A program made the translations under genes and the position numbers. Under the pieces are notes generated by a model that made no database searches, was not told the origin of the DNA, and saw only the letters and a program-made list of their open reading frames with translations. From an uncultured Paenalcaligenes sp. (lineage in GTDB: Bacteria; Pseudomonadota; Gammaproteobacteria; Burkholderiales; Burkholderiaceae_B): a stretch of DNA of 60,517 bases. The stretch is taken from assembly GCA_947626245.1 (NCBI GenBank), contig CANQRK010000001.1, positions 1-60,517 of the forward strand. Direction: 5' to 3'. This document shows, piece after piece, positions 49,763 to 58,760 of the stretch. The first letter of the stretch is position 1. Every line of letters starts with the position of its first letter.

Positions 49763-50773
49763 ATGAGCTTACTGTTCAAACAAACTACATTGAAAAAGGT
49801 GGCGAGTCTGTGTGCATTGGCTACTGCGATGACAGTTGCTGGTGTGGCCTCTGCGGCGACAACGATTCGCTTAGGTTGGACCACCGCAGATAGCGAAATA
49901 GATCCCTATGCAATTACTGCTCGTTATTTTAAGGAGGAGCTAGAGGCGGCTGCACCTGGTGAGTTTAATGTGCGCTTTTTCCCTAGTAATCAGTTAGGTA
50001 ACGATACTGAGATGTTGCAAGGCATGCAAATGGGAACGTTGGATGCCGGAGTGATTACGGGAGCTCAGATCAGTACATTTGATCCCGCTTTTCAGGTTTT
50101 GGATTTACCTTTTTTATTTGAAGACAGTGCAGAGGCTCATCGAGTTCTCGATAGTGAAGCAGGACAAAAATTGCTGGGAAGACTGGAGAGTAAAGGCATT
50201 GTTGGCCTAGGCTTTTCAGGGGCTGGTTTTAGACACACGATTAATAATACTCGTCCTATTCAAGAGCCCAACGATCTAAAAGGAATTAAATTACGTGTGC
50301 AGCCTAGCAGCATTTATTTAAGTAGTTTTCAAGAGCTTGGAGCGAATCCCGTCGCTTTACCTTGGAGTGATGCGTTTACGGCAGTTCAGCAGAAAACGGT
50401 AGACGGATTAGAGATACCTTTAGCCGTAATTTATGCCAATAAATATGCAGAGGAAGTGAAGCATTTATCGTTAACGAACCATACCTATAATGCGTTGGGT
50501 GTACTCCTGTCCAAACGCACCTTTAATAAGCTCACAGCAGAGCAGCAGGATATAGTTCGTCAGGCAGCAGCAAAAGCGATTGCTAGACAGCGGATTACAG
50601 TGGATCAGAATGAAAAAGACTTATTGGAAAAAGTTCAGGCTGAAGGAATGCAAGTTAACTCCATGGCAGATATTAATAGTTTCCGTGCAGTAGTGAAGCC
50701 TATTTATGACCAATATAGTGGGCAGATTGGCTCAGAGACGTTTGATAGTGTTATGACACAGATTGCTCAGTAA
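49763..50773 (+). CDS. dctP: TRAP transporter substrate-binding protein
   Basis: Signal peptide, FPSNQLG, LDLPFLF, GFRH, LKGIKLRV, GANP, VDGLE. Confidence 0.92.
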   Translation: MSLLFKQTTLKKVASLCALATAMTVAGVASAATTIRLGWTTADSEIDPYAITARYFKEELEAAAPGEFNVRFFPSNQLGNDTEMLQGMQMGTLDAGVITGAQISTFDPAFQVLDLPFLFEDSAEAHRVLDSEAGQKLLGRLESKGIVGLGFSGAGFRHTINNTRPIQEPNDLKGIKLRVQPSSIYLSSFQELGANPVALPWSDAFTAVQQKTVDGLEIPLAVIYANKYAEEVKHLSLTNHTYNALGVLLSKRTFNKLTAEQQDIVRQAAAKAIARQRITVDQNEKDLLEKVQAEGMQVNSMADINSFRAVVKPIYDQYSGQIGSETFDSVMTQIAQ

Positions 50774-50853
50774 TTAGGAACAGCACGGAGAAGCGGTAAG
50801 TGTGAACGTATCGCGTGCCGAGAATGAGAAACAAATATGGTTGAGGGACTCCT

Positions 50854-51351
50854 ATGCAGACCTTTTTGATTGGCTTAAGTCGAGTGATTAGCAAAGGAAC
50901 CGCCCTGGTAGGGGCGGCGTGCGCGCTAGTGATGGTTTTTTCTTTACTCGATGGTGTTTTTTTTCGCTATGTATTTAATGCCGCCCCAGCTTGGACAGAT
51001 GAAGTGGCTCTTTTAGCTTTTAGCTGGAGTACGCTGCTATTCGCGAGTGTCCTTGTTCAAGAGCAAGGGCATGTACGCATTACTATGCTGCTTTCTGCCT
51101 TACCTAAACCTGTAGAAAGATTTATTGATAAGGTGGGAATAGTACTTGTTTTAGTGTTTGGTTTATTGCTGGTTTGGGTAGGATGGCAGTTTGTTTTATT
51201 TACAGATGGTCAGGTATCACCAACATTGCGTTATCCCATTTGGTTGCAGAGTATAGCTGTGCCTATATGCGGTGTATTAATTTTTATCCATTCGTTGGCT
51301 TTGCTGTTTAGCAATATGAATAATCCATCTTCTCCAGGAGAAGTAAAATGA
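50854..51351 (+). CDS. dctQ: TRAP small permease
   Basis: VFFRYVFN..WTDE, GHVRI, 4 TM segments. Confidence 0.9.
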   Translation: MQTFLIGLSRVISKGTALVGAACALVMVFSLLDGVFFRYVFNAAPAWTDEVALLAFSWSTLLFASVLVQEQGHVRITMLLSALPKPVERFIDKVGIVLVLVFGLLLVWVGWQFVLFTDGQVSPTLRYPIWLQSIAVPICGVLIFIHSLALLFSNMNNPSSPGEVK

Positions 51352-52628
51352 TTTCGGTAGGATTAGTATTAATTATCGGATTGTTTGTACTGCTATTGCT
51401 AGGTATTCCGATTGCGTTCACGTTAGGAATCTTAACAGCGATTGGCCTATGGATGGCTGATTTTGATTTAATGATTTTAGTGCAACGTCTTATAGCTGGT
51501 AGTACCGTCACTAGCTTGTTGGCTATTCCTGGTTTTATTATTGCTGGCGATTTAATGAGTGCCGGTGGGCTTTCTAAGCGTCTAGTTCGAATCGCTTCTA
51601 CATGTTTTGGGCATTTTACGGGTGGCCTATCCATGTCCACCGTAGCAGCGGGGACTTTTTTTGGAGCTATTTCTGGTTCTGCTCCAGCGACTACAGCCGC
51701 CGTTGGGTCAGTGATGATCGATGAGCTAGAGAGAAAGGGCTACAGTCGCGGTTACAGTGCCGCTTTAGCTACTTCAATTGGACCATTGGGACAAATGATT
51801 CCACCTTCTATTCCAATGATTATTTGGGGTGTTTTGGCAGAGGAATCCATTTCTAAGTTATTTCTAGCAGGGGTCATACCTGGTTTATTGGCTGCTTTTG
51901 GCTTTTGCGTGGTTAGTGTTTTATATGCTCGTAAACATAATATAGGTAGAGAAGAAAAACCGACATTCGGCACTTTAGTGGGTGCTTGTCGTGAAGGCTT
52001 TTGGGCTTTAATGGCTCCCGTTGTGATCTTAGGTGGAATTTATGGTGGGATTTTTACTCCTACTGAAGCCTCTATGGTCGGTGCTTTATATAGTTTAATT
52101 ATCGGGTTATTTGTTTATAAAGACCTTGCATGGCGAAATTTATATTCTATATTGCTTAACTCATTGCGTACCTCTACTATCATTATGTTTATTATTGTGA
52201 TGGCATATGGGTTTGCTTGGATTATTGCAATAGAGGAAATTCCGGCGCAAATTAGTGATGTTTTACTTAGCCTGACTTCTAATCCTTTATTACTGTTATT
52301 GTTACTTAATTTACTGCTTTTTGCTTTAGGCGCGGTGATGGATACCGTTTCCGCTATGGTTATTTTAAGTGGTGTGCTAATTGCAGTAGGAGAGCAAATA
52401 GGTTTAGAGCCTATTCAGTTAGGGGCAATGGTTGTTATTAACTTTGCTGTAGGTATGGTGACACCACCCTTGGGGTACTCATTGTTTGTAGGCTCTAGTA
52501 TAAGTGGCCTAAGTGTTGAAGCGGTGACACGTCATTTATGGCCGTTCCTGATAGTTTTAGTGGCGGTGGTAGGGTGTGTAGCCTATATCCCAGCTGTGAC
52601 TCTTTGGTTACCTGGTTTGGTAGGGTAG
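51348..52628 (+). CDS. dctM: TRAP large permease
   Basis: LLAIP, ISGSAPA, IPPSIP, SKLFLAG, FTPTEA, TPPLG. Confidence 0.93.
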   Translation: MISVGLVLIIGLFVLLLLGIPIAFTLGILTAIGLWMADFDLMILVQRLIAGSTVTSLLAIPGFIIAGDLMSAGGLSKRLVRIASTCFGHFTGGLSMSTVAAGTFFGAISGSAPATTAAVGSVMIDELERKGYSRGYSAALATSIGPLGQMIPPSIPMIIWGVLAEESISKLFLAGVIPGLLAAFGFCVVSVLYARKHNIGREEKPTFGTLVGACREGFWALMAPVVILGGIYGGIFTPTEASMVGALYSLIIGLFVYKDLAWRNLYSILLNSLRTSTIIMFIIVMAYGFAWIIAIEEIPAQISDVLLSLTSNPLLLLLLLNLLLFALGAVMDTVSAMVILSGVLIAVGEQIGLEPIQLGAMVVINFAVGMVTPPLGYSLFVGSSISGLSVEAVTRHLWPFLIVLVAVVGCVAYIPAVTLWLPGLVG

Positions 52629-52635
52629 AACAAGC

Positions 52636-53541
52636 ATGGGAGTTGAATCGATTATTTCTTCTTGTACTGCACCGACCATTCCTGGGGCAGATTTGAATCC
52701 TAAATTACCTCAAGATCGTTTACCTGTTGGGTCATGTGATACCCATGCACATTTATTTGGCCCTGAGGTGAAGTACCCCTACCATATAGCACGTTCTTAT
52801 ACTCCGCCTGATGCGACGTCGGCTCAGTATAAAGCTATGTTGAAGACGATGGGTTTCACTCGTGCTGTGCTAATTCAACCTAGCGTATATGGAACAGATA
52901 ATCGCTTGATGCTAGATTATTTGCTTCAAGCTCAGGCAGATCCAGATATAGAGTGGCGTGCTGTGGCGGTAGTGGACTCAACGGTTACTGAGCAAGAGCT
53001 ATTGCACATGCATCACCTTGGGGTGCGAGGCGTGAGGGTGAACTTGGTGTTTCCCGGAGGGATTGCCTTTGAGGAGGTAATCCAATTAGGTCATCGAATT
53101 GCTCCTTTAGGATGGCACATTCAATTGTTAATCGATGTATCGACCTTTGAGCATCTAGAGCAACGAATCACCCAACTACCTGTGCCCGTAGTGATTGACC
53201 ATATGGGACATTTAGCAACGTCTAAAGGGATAGAGAATCCGGGTTTTCAAGTATTACTTAAGCTAGTAAAGCAGGGGTGTGTATGGGTCAAGCTGACGGG
53301 ATCCAATCGCATCACGCAACTTGAATCAGCGCCATTTTATGACGTGGATGTTTTTTTCTTGAGTTTGCTTGAAGCGAACGCTAATCGATGTTTGTTTGGC
53401 ACCGATTGGCCGCATGTGCAGATACCTACGCCTATCCCGAATGATGGTGACTTGGTCGATGAGTTTCTTCGATTAGTGCCTGATGAAGCAAGGCGTTGGC
53501 AGATTTTGGTGCATAATCCAGCCCATTTATATGGTTTTTAA
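52636..53541 (+). CDS. Amidohydrolase-2 family lactonase (LigI / 2-pyrone-4,6-dicarboxylate hydrolase-like)
   Basis: CDTHAH, RSYTPP, QPSVYGTDN, GVRGVR, DHMGH, WVKL, GTDWPH, NPAHLYGF. Confidence 0.88.
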   Translation: MGVESIISSCTAPTIPGADLNPKLPQDRLPVGSCDTHAHLFGPEVKYPYHIARSYTPPDATSAQYKAMLKTMGFTRAVLIQPSVYGTDNRLMLDYLLQAQADPDIEWRAVAVVDSTVTEQELLHMHHLGVRGVRVNLVFPGGIAFEEVIQLGHRIAPLGWHIQLLIDVSTFEHLEQRITQLPVPVVIDHMGHLATSKGIENPGFQVLLKLVKQGCVWVKLTGSNRITQLESAPFYDVDVFFLSLLEANANRCLFGTDWPHVQIPTPIPNDGDLVDEFLRLVPDEARRWQILVHNPAHLYGF

Positions 53542-53621
53542 ATTGGCTGGTGTTGCATAGAGCTAGAGTCTTCTAATTGTGGTCAGCGCTCTCAATAGTT
53601 GGTTCAGCTTGCAGGGTACTT

Positions 53622-53660
53622 AAGGACTGAATTCGGTATTTTACCGAATTCAGTCCTTTT
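53622..53660. terminator. Long perfect hairpin / terminator
   Basis: 17-bp perfect IR AAGGACTGAATTCGGTA-TTT-TACCGAATTCAGTCCTT followed by TT. Confidence 0.8.
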
Positions 53661-53720
53661 CGTTGATCTGTCAGTGATAGCTGATACGCCTTTTATTGGT
53701 AAAGGCTGTCTTTGTCACAT

Positions 53721-55010
53721 TTAATTTTGTTTTGAGGAGGTCGGGCTTGATGGGGTTGAGTTAGTGCTGCTTTTATCTAGTGGAAACAGCAACTGGTTAA
53801 TCAGATCATCACTAATGGGCTCACCCGTAACCAAGCGTGCTAGGATCTCTGCACCGAGTGATTGCAACGATAAAATGACATCAGGATTAACCTGTTTGAT
53901 TTTATTTAGATGAATGGGTGTATTGACTAGAGCGACGGTACGCATTTGTGTGCCGCCTGCCTCACGAGCTGCCAGCACGATAAACGCATTTTCTGCATCG
54001 TCATCGCGTAGGGCTAATACATAGGTGGCATGAGGGGCATTCGCTTCATTGAGCACATCAGAATCGGTTGGGTCGCCCACGACAATGTCGGCATTGGCAG
54101 GGTAGTCATGATTCATGCCAGTAGGCACAATAACCACGACTTCGTGTCCGTTTTTAGATAGAGCGTTATAGACGCTGTAGGTTAAGGCATTAGCGCCTAC
54201 AATAATGATGTGATTTTTTTTCATACGTTTGGCGTGTTTGTCTTTAAGTAAATATTGAATACGACCTTGGACTAGCGGGCCTACGACGGCACTCATTGAC
54301 GTTGCAAACAGGGTAATGCCCAAAATAATCATTGAGTTTGTAAAGAGGCGACTGTGCGAGGTGCTAGGGACTATATCTCCAAAACCGACCGTCGACATCG
54401 TGACAATAGCAAAATAAAAAGCATCAGACAGGTTGGTAATGTTCGGTGTGTATTCTTTGCCAAGATACAGGACGCCAAATATGGAGTAGGTCAGCAATAG
54501 CACTACCCCCAAGGCCGCAAACAAGGTTCCTGAAATCACGCTGGCTTGATTAAAACGACGACCGTATAGGGCTAACAAAGCAATGACTGCTAGCAGGTAG
54601 CTATTAACACTTTTTTCACTGATTAAACCGGTGCTGTAAAACAGGTCATAGCTGAGGTTACACAGCAGTAAAAACAAGCTCATAAACCATGCCGTACGAG
54701 CGCGTAACACCAGACCAATGGCGTTAGTTACCAAGCCAGCCCCCAACATGACGGCAAATAAGACTTCTATGAATAAGGAGTCAATGAGCTGGTGTAAGTC
54801 CTCAAGATGAAGCCAGCTGGTGGTGGGGGTTTTTAATAAAACGTAGACCTCGGGCAAAGAGGCCTTGAGTAAAATAATGCCATGCGTTGCAATCAAAACA
54901 GCCAATACCCAATGCAAGGGCAGTCGACTATAGCCCTGTTTTAGAGAGTGGCTGAGGTGTTGCCAATGGATTTTAAAGGGGGAGGAGGGTTTAGGGATTG
55001 GCATAGTCAT
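53721..55010 (-). CDS. kch: Kch-like potassium channel with C-terminal RCK domain
   Basis: Pore YFAIVTMSTVGFGD, multiple TM segments, RCK NHIIIVG..GDPTD..DDAENAF; start uncertain (55004-55034). Confidence 0.88.
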   Translation of the reverse strand: MTMPIPKPSSPFKIHWQHLSHSLKQGYSRLPLHWVLAVLIATHGIILLKASLPEVYVLLKTPTTSWLHLEDLHQLIDSLFIEVLFAVMLGAGLVTNAIGLVLRARTAWFMSLFLLLCNLSYDLFYSTGLISEKSVNSYLLAVIALLALYGRRFNQASVISGTLFAALGVVLLLTYSIFGVLYLGKEYTPNITNLSDAFYFAIVTMSTVGFGDIVPSTSHSRLFTNSMIILGITLFATSMSAVVGPLVQGRIQYLLKDKHAKRMKKNHIIIVGANALTYSVYNALSKNGHEVVVIVPTGMNHDYPANADIVVGDPTDSDVLNEANAPHATYVLALRDDDAENAFIVLAAREAGGTQMRTVALVNTPIHLNKIKQVNPDVILSLQSLGAEILARLVTGEPISDDLINQLLFPLDKSSTNSTPSSPTSSKQN

Positions 55011-55098
55011 GATAATAAGAACATTAAGTGACAAACCATAATGGAATCTGTGGTCCTTTTCAACCTATCAGAGCATAGTTAAGCTGCCTAGTCTAGGT

Positions 55099-55137
55099 AA
55101 AAAGAGAATCGCGACTAATGCTGCGATTCTCTTTTTT
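55099..55137. terminator. Terminator downstream of the autotransporter
   Basis: AAAAAGAGAATCGC...GCGATTCTCTTTTT. Confidence 0.85.
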
Positions 55138-55162
55138 GATTCTGCTAATTAGATCGAATCAT

Positions 55163-58100
55163 TTACCATTGATAACGAGCATTGATCATGCCGCCATAGG
55201 CGCGCTCGCCTTTGGTGCCGGCCTGACCATAGATATTACCCGACAGAAATACATGGCGACTGATTTGACCATCGGCCCCCAGTTTTAGCTGACCTGAGTT
55301 GCGAGAAAGATCTACGTCCATGGTGTTATCGCCTGTGCGAACAGAGACTTCGCTGTTATGTAGCCAGTTAACTTCCATAAAGGGGCGTAAGCGTCCGGTT
55401 TGATCCTGGCGAGGATCGATTAATGGTGCAAAGCGTACCCCCATCCGAGTTTGCCAACCACTGTTTTTGCCTGGGTTCATGCGCATACCTGATAGCACGG
55501 TTTCATCTGCTTTGTAGTGGCTGTAGACGACTTGTGCATTTGGTGTAATGACCAGATTACCTAGGATGCTCTCGGCACTAAAGGGTTGGAAACCATAACC
55601 TCCCTCTAAAGACAGAGATAACAATTTAGCGTTATAGCGTACGGACCCTAGTTCGCTGCTTAGAGTGTGGTTGAGGTGACTGTATTGGAACCACGTATCG
55701 CCATAGGCTCCCACGTTACTGCCGGCATTTTCATAGACGGTTGCATAGGCGCCTACGGAGTACCCTTTGGTTTTGCCATGCGCTGTGACATCTTGGTGGG
55801 TACGCGTTCTGGGCAGGTAAAAGGTTGATTTGGCATCGGTGCGTGCTTCACCATAACCAGCTAACCAACCCACATGCAGCTTGGCGTTGTCTCCTAGATG
55901 ATGCTGGAACAGGTCGCCTCCAAACTGCACAACGGTATGATTGGTATCCACATCTAAGCGACCTTCGCTCAGGGATAAATCACGATCATGACCTGCTTGG
56001 ATTCTGACCCAGACATTGCGGCCGGACTGATCGCCGGGGGTTTCTGAGGCAATACGATCATGCAGTTGGTGCGTAAACAAGCGTTTAGAAGCGAGCTTGT
56101 TCCCTATATAAGCGCCTGTTTCGGGTGAAACGTTTTGGTAGGTAGGGGTGGTAGGAGGTGTGGGGTCTATCGGGGCAGGAGGATCTACTGGTCCCGGATC
56201 AACAGGCGGAGGGTCGATGGGACGCTCTACATAGGATGACACTAAGTACCAGTCGTCTTCAATGCCATCGTGACCGCCTCGAAGTAGGCTGTAATCACAA
56301 CCATGATCCGCAATGGTTTCCGTGCTAGGGCGATAGCCGCGACTGGTAGGGCTTAAGACAAAGTTGCCCTCGTGGGTGGTCGCACCATTGATGGTTTCAA
56401 TCACAAGAATACCCGTATTGGTTTGACTTCCATCACCCCCAGTGTTGTTGACTTTAACTAATGAGGTTCCTGTGGTGGTGCCACCATCAATAATCATTAA
56501 GTCACTACCGGAATCATCACCCCCTAAATAGGTGTTCATGATGATAAAACCATCACCCGAGTAGTTGTGGGTGTGTAGCACCTTGAACTCATCATTGGTT
56601 TCGGTGGGGTGTAAAAAGACGACATGACCCTCGTTTGCTAGATGGTGTACCGAGGAGTCATCGCTAATATGCCAAGCACTGCTGGTGTCTAGGCTAAGAC
56701 GTGTAACTTCACCTTGATCTATTTCACGTACGGCACCAGTGAAAGCGGTCCTGTTAGCTAGACTAATGGTAGCAAAGCCACTTTCGATTTGGATGTGACC
56801 GTCTAAGAGCCCACCACTGACATTAAGTGCTAGATCGTTAGTTTCTATGGAGGTGGTAACCCCACTGTTGGTAAGGCTAACGGGGCGAGATTGCAGTAAT
56901 AGACCTTGGCTTGGGTCGCCACCGGCGCGAGCATTAATGGTGGAGTCAGTGAGGTTAATCTCATGATTACCGCCGGTGATCAACAGCGCTACCCCATCTT
57001 GGGTATCTATACTGCTGCCATTGCTTAGGGAAAGTTGCTGGGTATTGGTTTGATTGGCTGCGGTGATATAGCTCCAGATCCCATGGGCGTCGGCACCTTG
57101 GGTGGTAATTTGTGTGCTGTCCAGCTCGAGTCTACCTTGGTCAGTTCGGATGGCACCAATGGCCCCAGCACCCGTAGTTTTGACCTGTGTGTTGGTGGCT
57201 TGAATGAGGGCATTGTTCTCGGTATATAGAGCATGTGACCCCGCACCATGAGTGGTAACGCTAGAGTTTTTTAGTAGGATACGGGCATTGGCTTGTCTAG
57301 CTCGGGCTCCGCCGGCTCTATCGCCATGGGTAGTGATAGTGACGCCGTCAAGGTCAAAAAGTCGAGTGCCTTGTTTTTCTGCTGAAAGATATAAGCCATA
57401 AGCCCCATTACCTAGACTGGTAATCGCGCCTCGATTGATGGTGGCTCCTCCTCCTCGACTCTCAATTCCCATGCTAAAGGAGTCCATCTCAAAATCCGTC
57501 GCCGTCAGTTGGGTTTTGGCTCCAATGAGCCAGATTCCCATGCCTTCTTTATTGGCGATGGTGCTGTTTTCAATAGTGATAGTACTACTATCCCCATTTA
57601 GATTGAGTCCGTAGTGGGTGCCATTAACCGTAATGTCTGAGTTGCGAATGATGGCTGATGAGCCAGTACTATAACGAGGGGCGCTTAAATAGATGGCATC
57701 GCCTGAAGCGGTTAGATTGACATGGTCTAGTTCTAGCGAGGCGCCAGTCGTCATGCTGAAGGCTCTGGCGTTCCAGTCGCTAGTAAACGTGCTGTTGGTG
57801 ATTTTTAGTACAGTACCAAGGCCCTCTCCAATCATAATAGCGCTACTTTATACGCCGCCAGTCAGTTCTATGTGGGAGTTATTCATTTCTATCACACCAC
57901 CTCGTTCTGCCCGAGAGGGATAGGCTACATTTGTCATTTTGACATTGTCAGCGCTGATTTTTGAGCCTGCACCCGTAGCATGTAAACCATCAGCATAAGT
58001 GACATTAGTGGTGATGGTGGCGCCTTGGAGAATGATTTGACCACCCGCCTGAGCATTAGCGGCATAAGAATTTAGAGCAGATGTACGTAAATCCATGTCT

Positions 58101-58495
58101 GAGGCGTGAATAATACTGCCTTTGCCTGTTGCACTGAGAGCATGGGCGTTTTGGTTGAGGGAGGTACTGTCAATGGAGCTATTTGAAATAGTAGCGCTAC
58201 CACCGGCCTTAACTAAAACGCCTTTAGAGGGCGCGCGCGGGGTGTCGGGGTCACCTGCTACGATGCGGATGCCATCGGCTGTCACAGAGGCATTGGCGCC
58301 CGTAACGGTAATGGCACCTTCGTTGCCTATGTAGCGAATGGTATCACCGGGTTGGAGTGTTATATGATTGATGTCACCGTCTGGCACTACCACTTGGGTA
58401 TAGTCGGCAGCTAAACTGACATAAGAAAAGGAGGGAAGAAAAGCGGTAAGTAGTGCCGCTTGAAGTCGTTTAAGTTGCTTGGAGTGTGCAGCCAT
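55163..58495 (-). pseudogene. AIDA-I/pertactin-like autotransporter interrupted by a single in-frame TAA (57848-57850)
   Basis: ORFs 57848..58537 and 55163..57835 share a frame (TGGV*SSAIMIGEG); signal peptide, beta-helix repeats (ITTxGxxAxG), autochaperone NTYLGGDDSGSD, Pro linker, barrel ending RYQW; GGGAGG RBS before ATG 58495. Confidence 0.85.
56140..56222 (-). repeat. Pro-rich linker repeats (P[IV]DP) between passenger and barrel
   Basis: PIDPPPVDPGPVDPPAPIDPTPPTTPT. Confidence 0.7.
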
Positions 58496-58760
58496 GGGAG
58501 ACCTCCCAGTGTATGACAGTGGATGTGCCCACTGCATTGGGTTTTAATGAAATTAAAACTACATAATGCTGACTTTGATACTAAAACCTGACAAAACATA
58601 TATCATCTCTTTTACATAGAATAGAATAAAACTGCGATTTCTATTTGGTTGCTTTATGTAAGTTGTTGTTTTTTTGAATAAAATAGGCTTTTCTTTTGTC
58701 TGGATAAAGAGAGCTTATAATACCGAAAAATAAATTTAAGTTTGCAAAGGATACCAATTA

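Noticed and set aside
53721-54224. Internal start (MKKNHIII) producing a soluble RCK domain as in E. coli Kch
   Set aside because: The Met is positioned plausibly, but there is no recognisable SD upstream, so sequence alone cannot support it.
54-58599. Numerous 60-110 aa antisense or overlapping ORFs
   Set aside because: They lie within well-supported genes and show no recognisable motifs.
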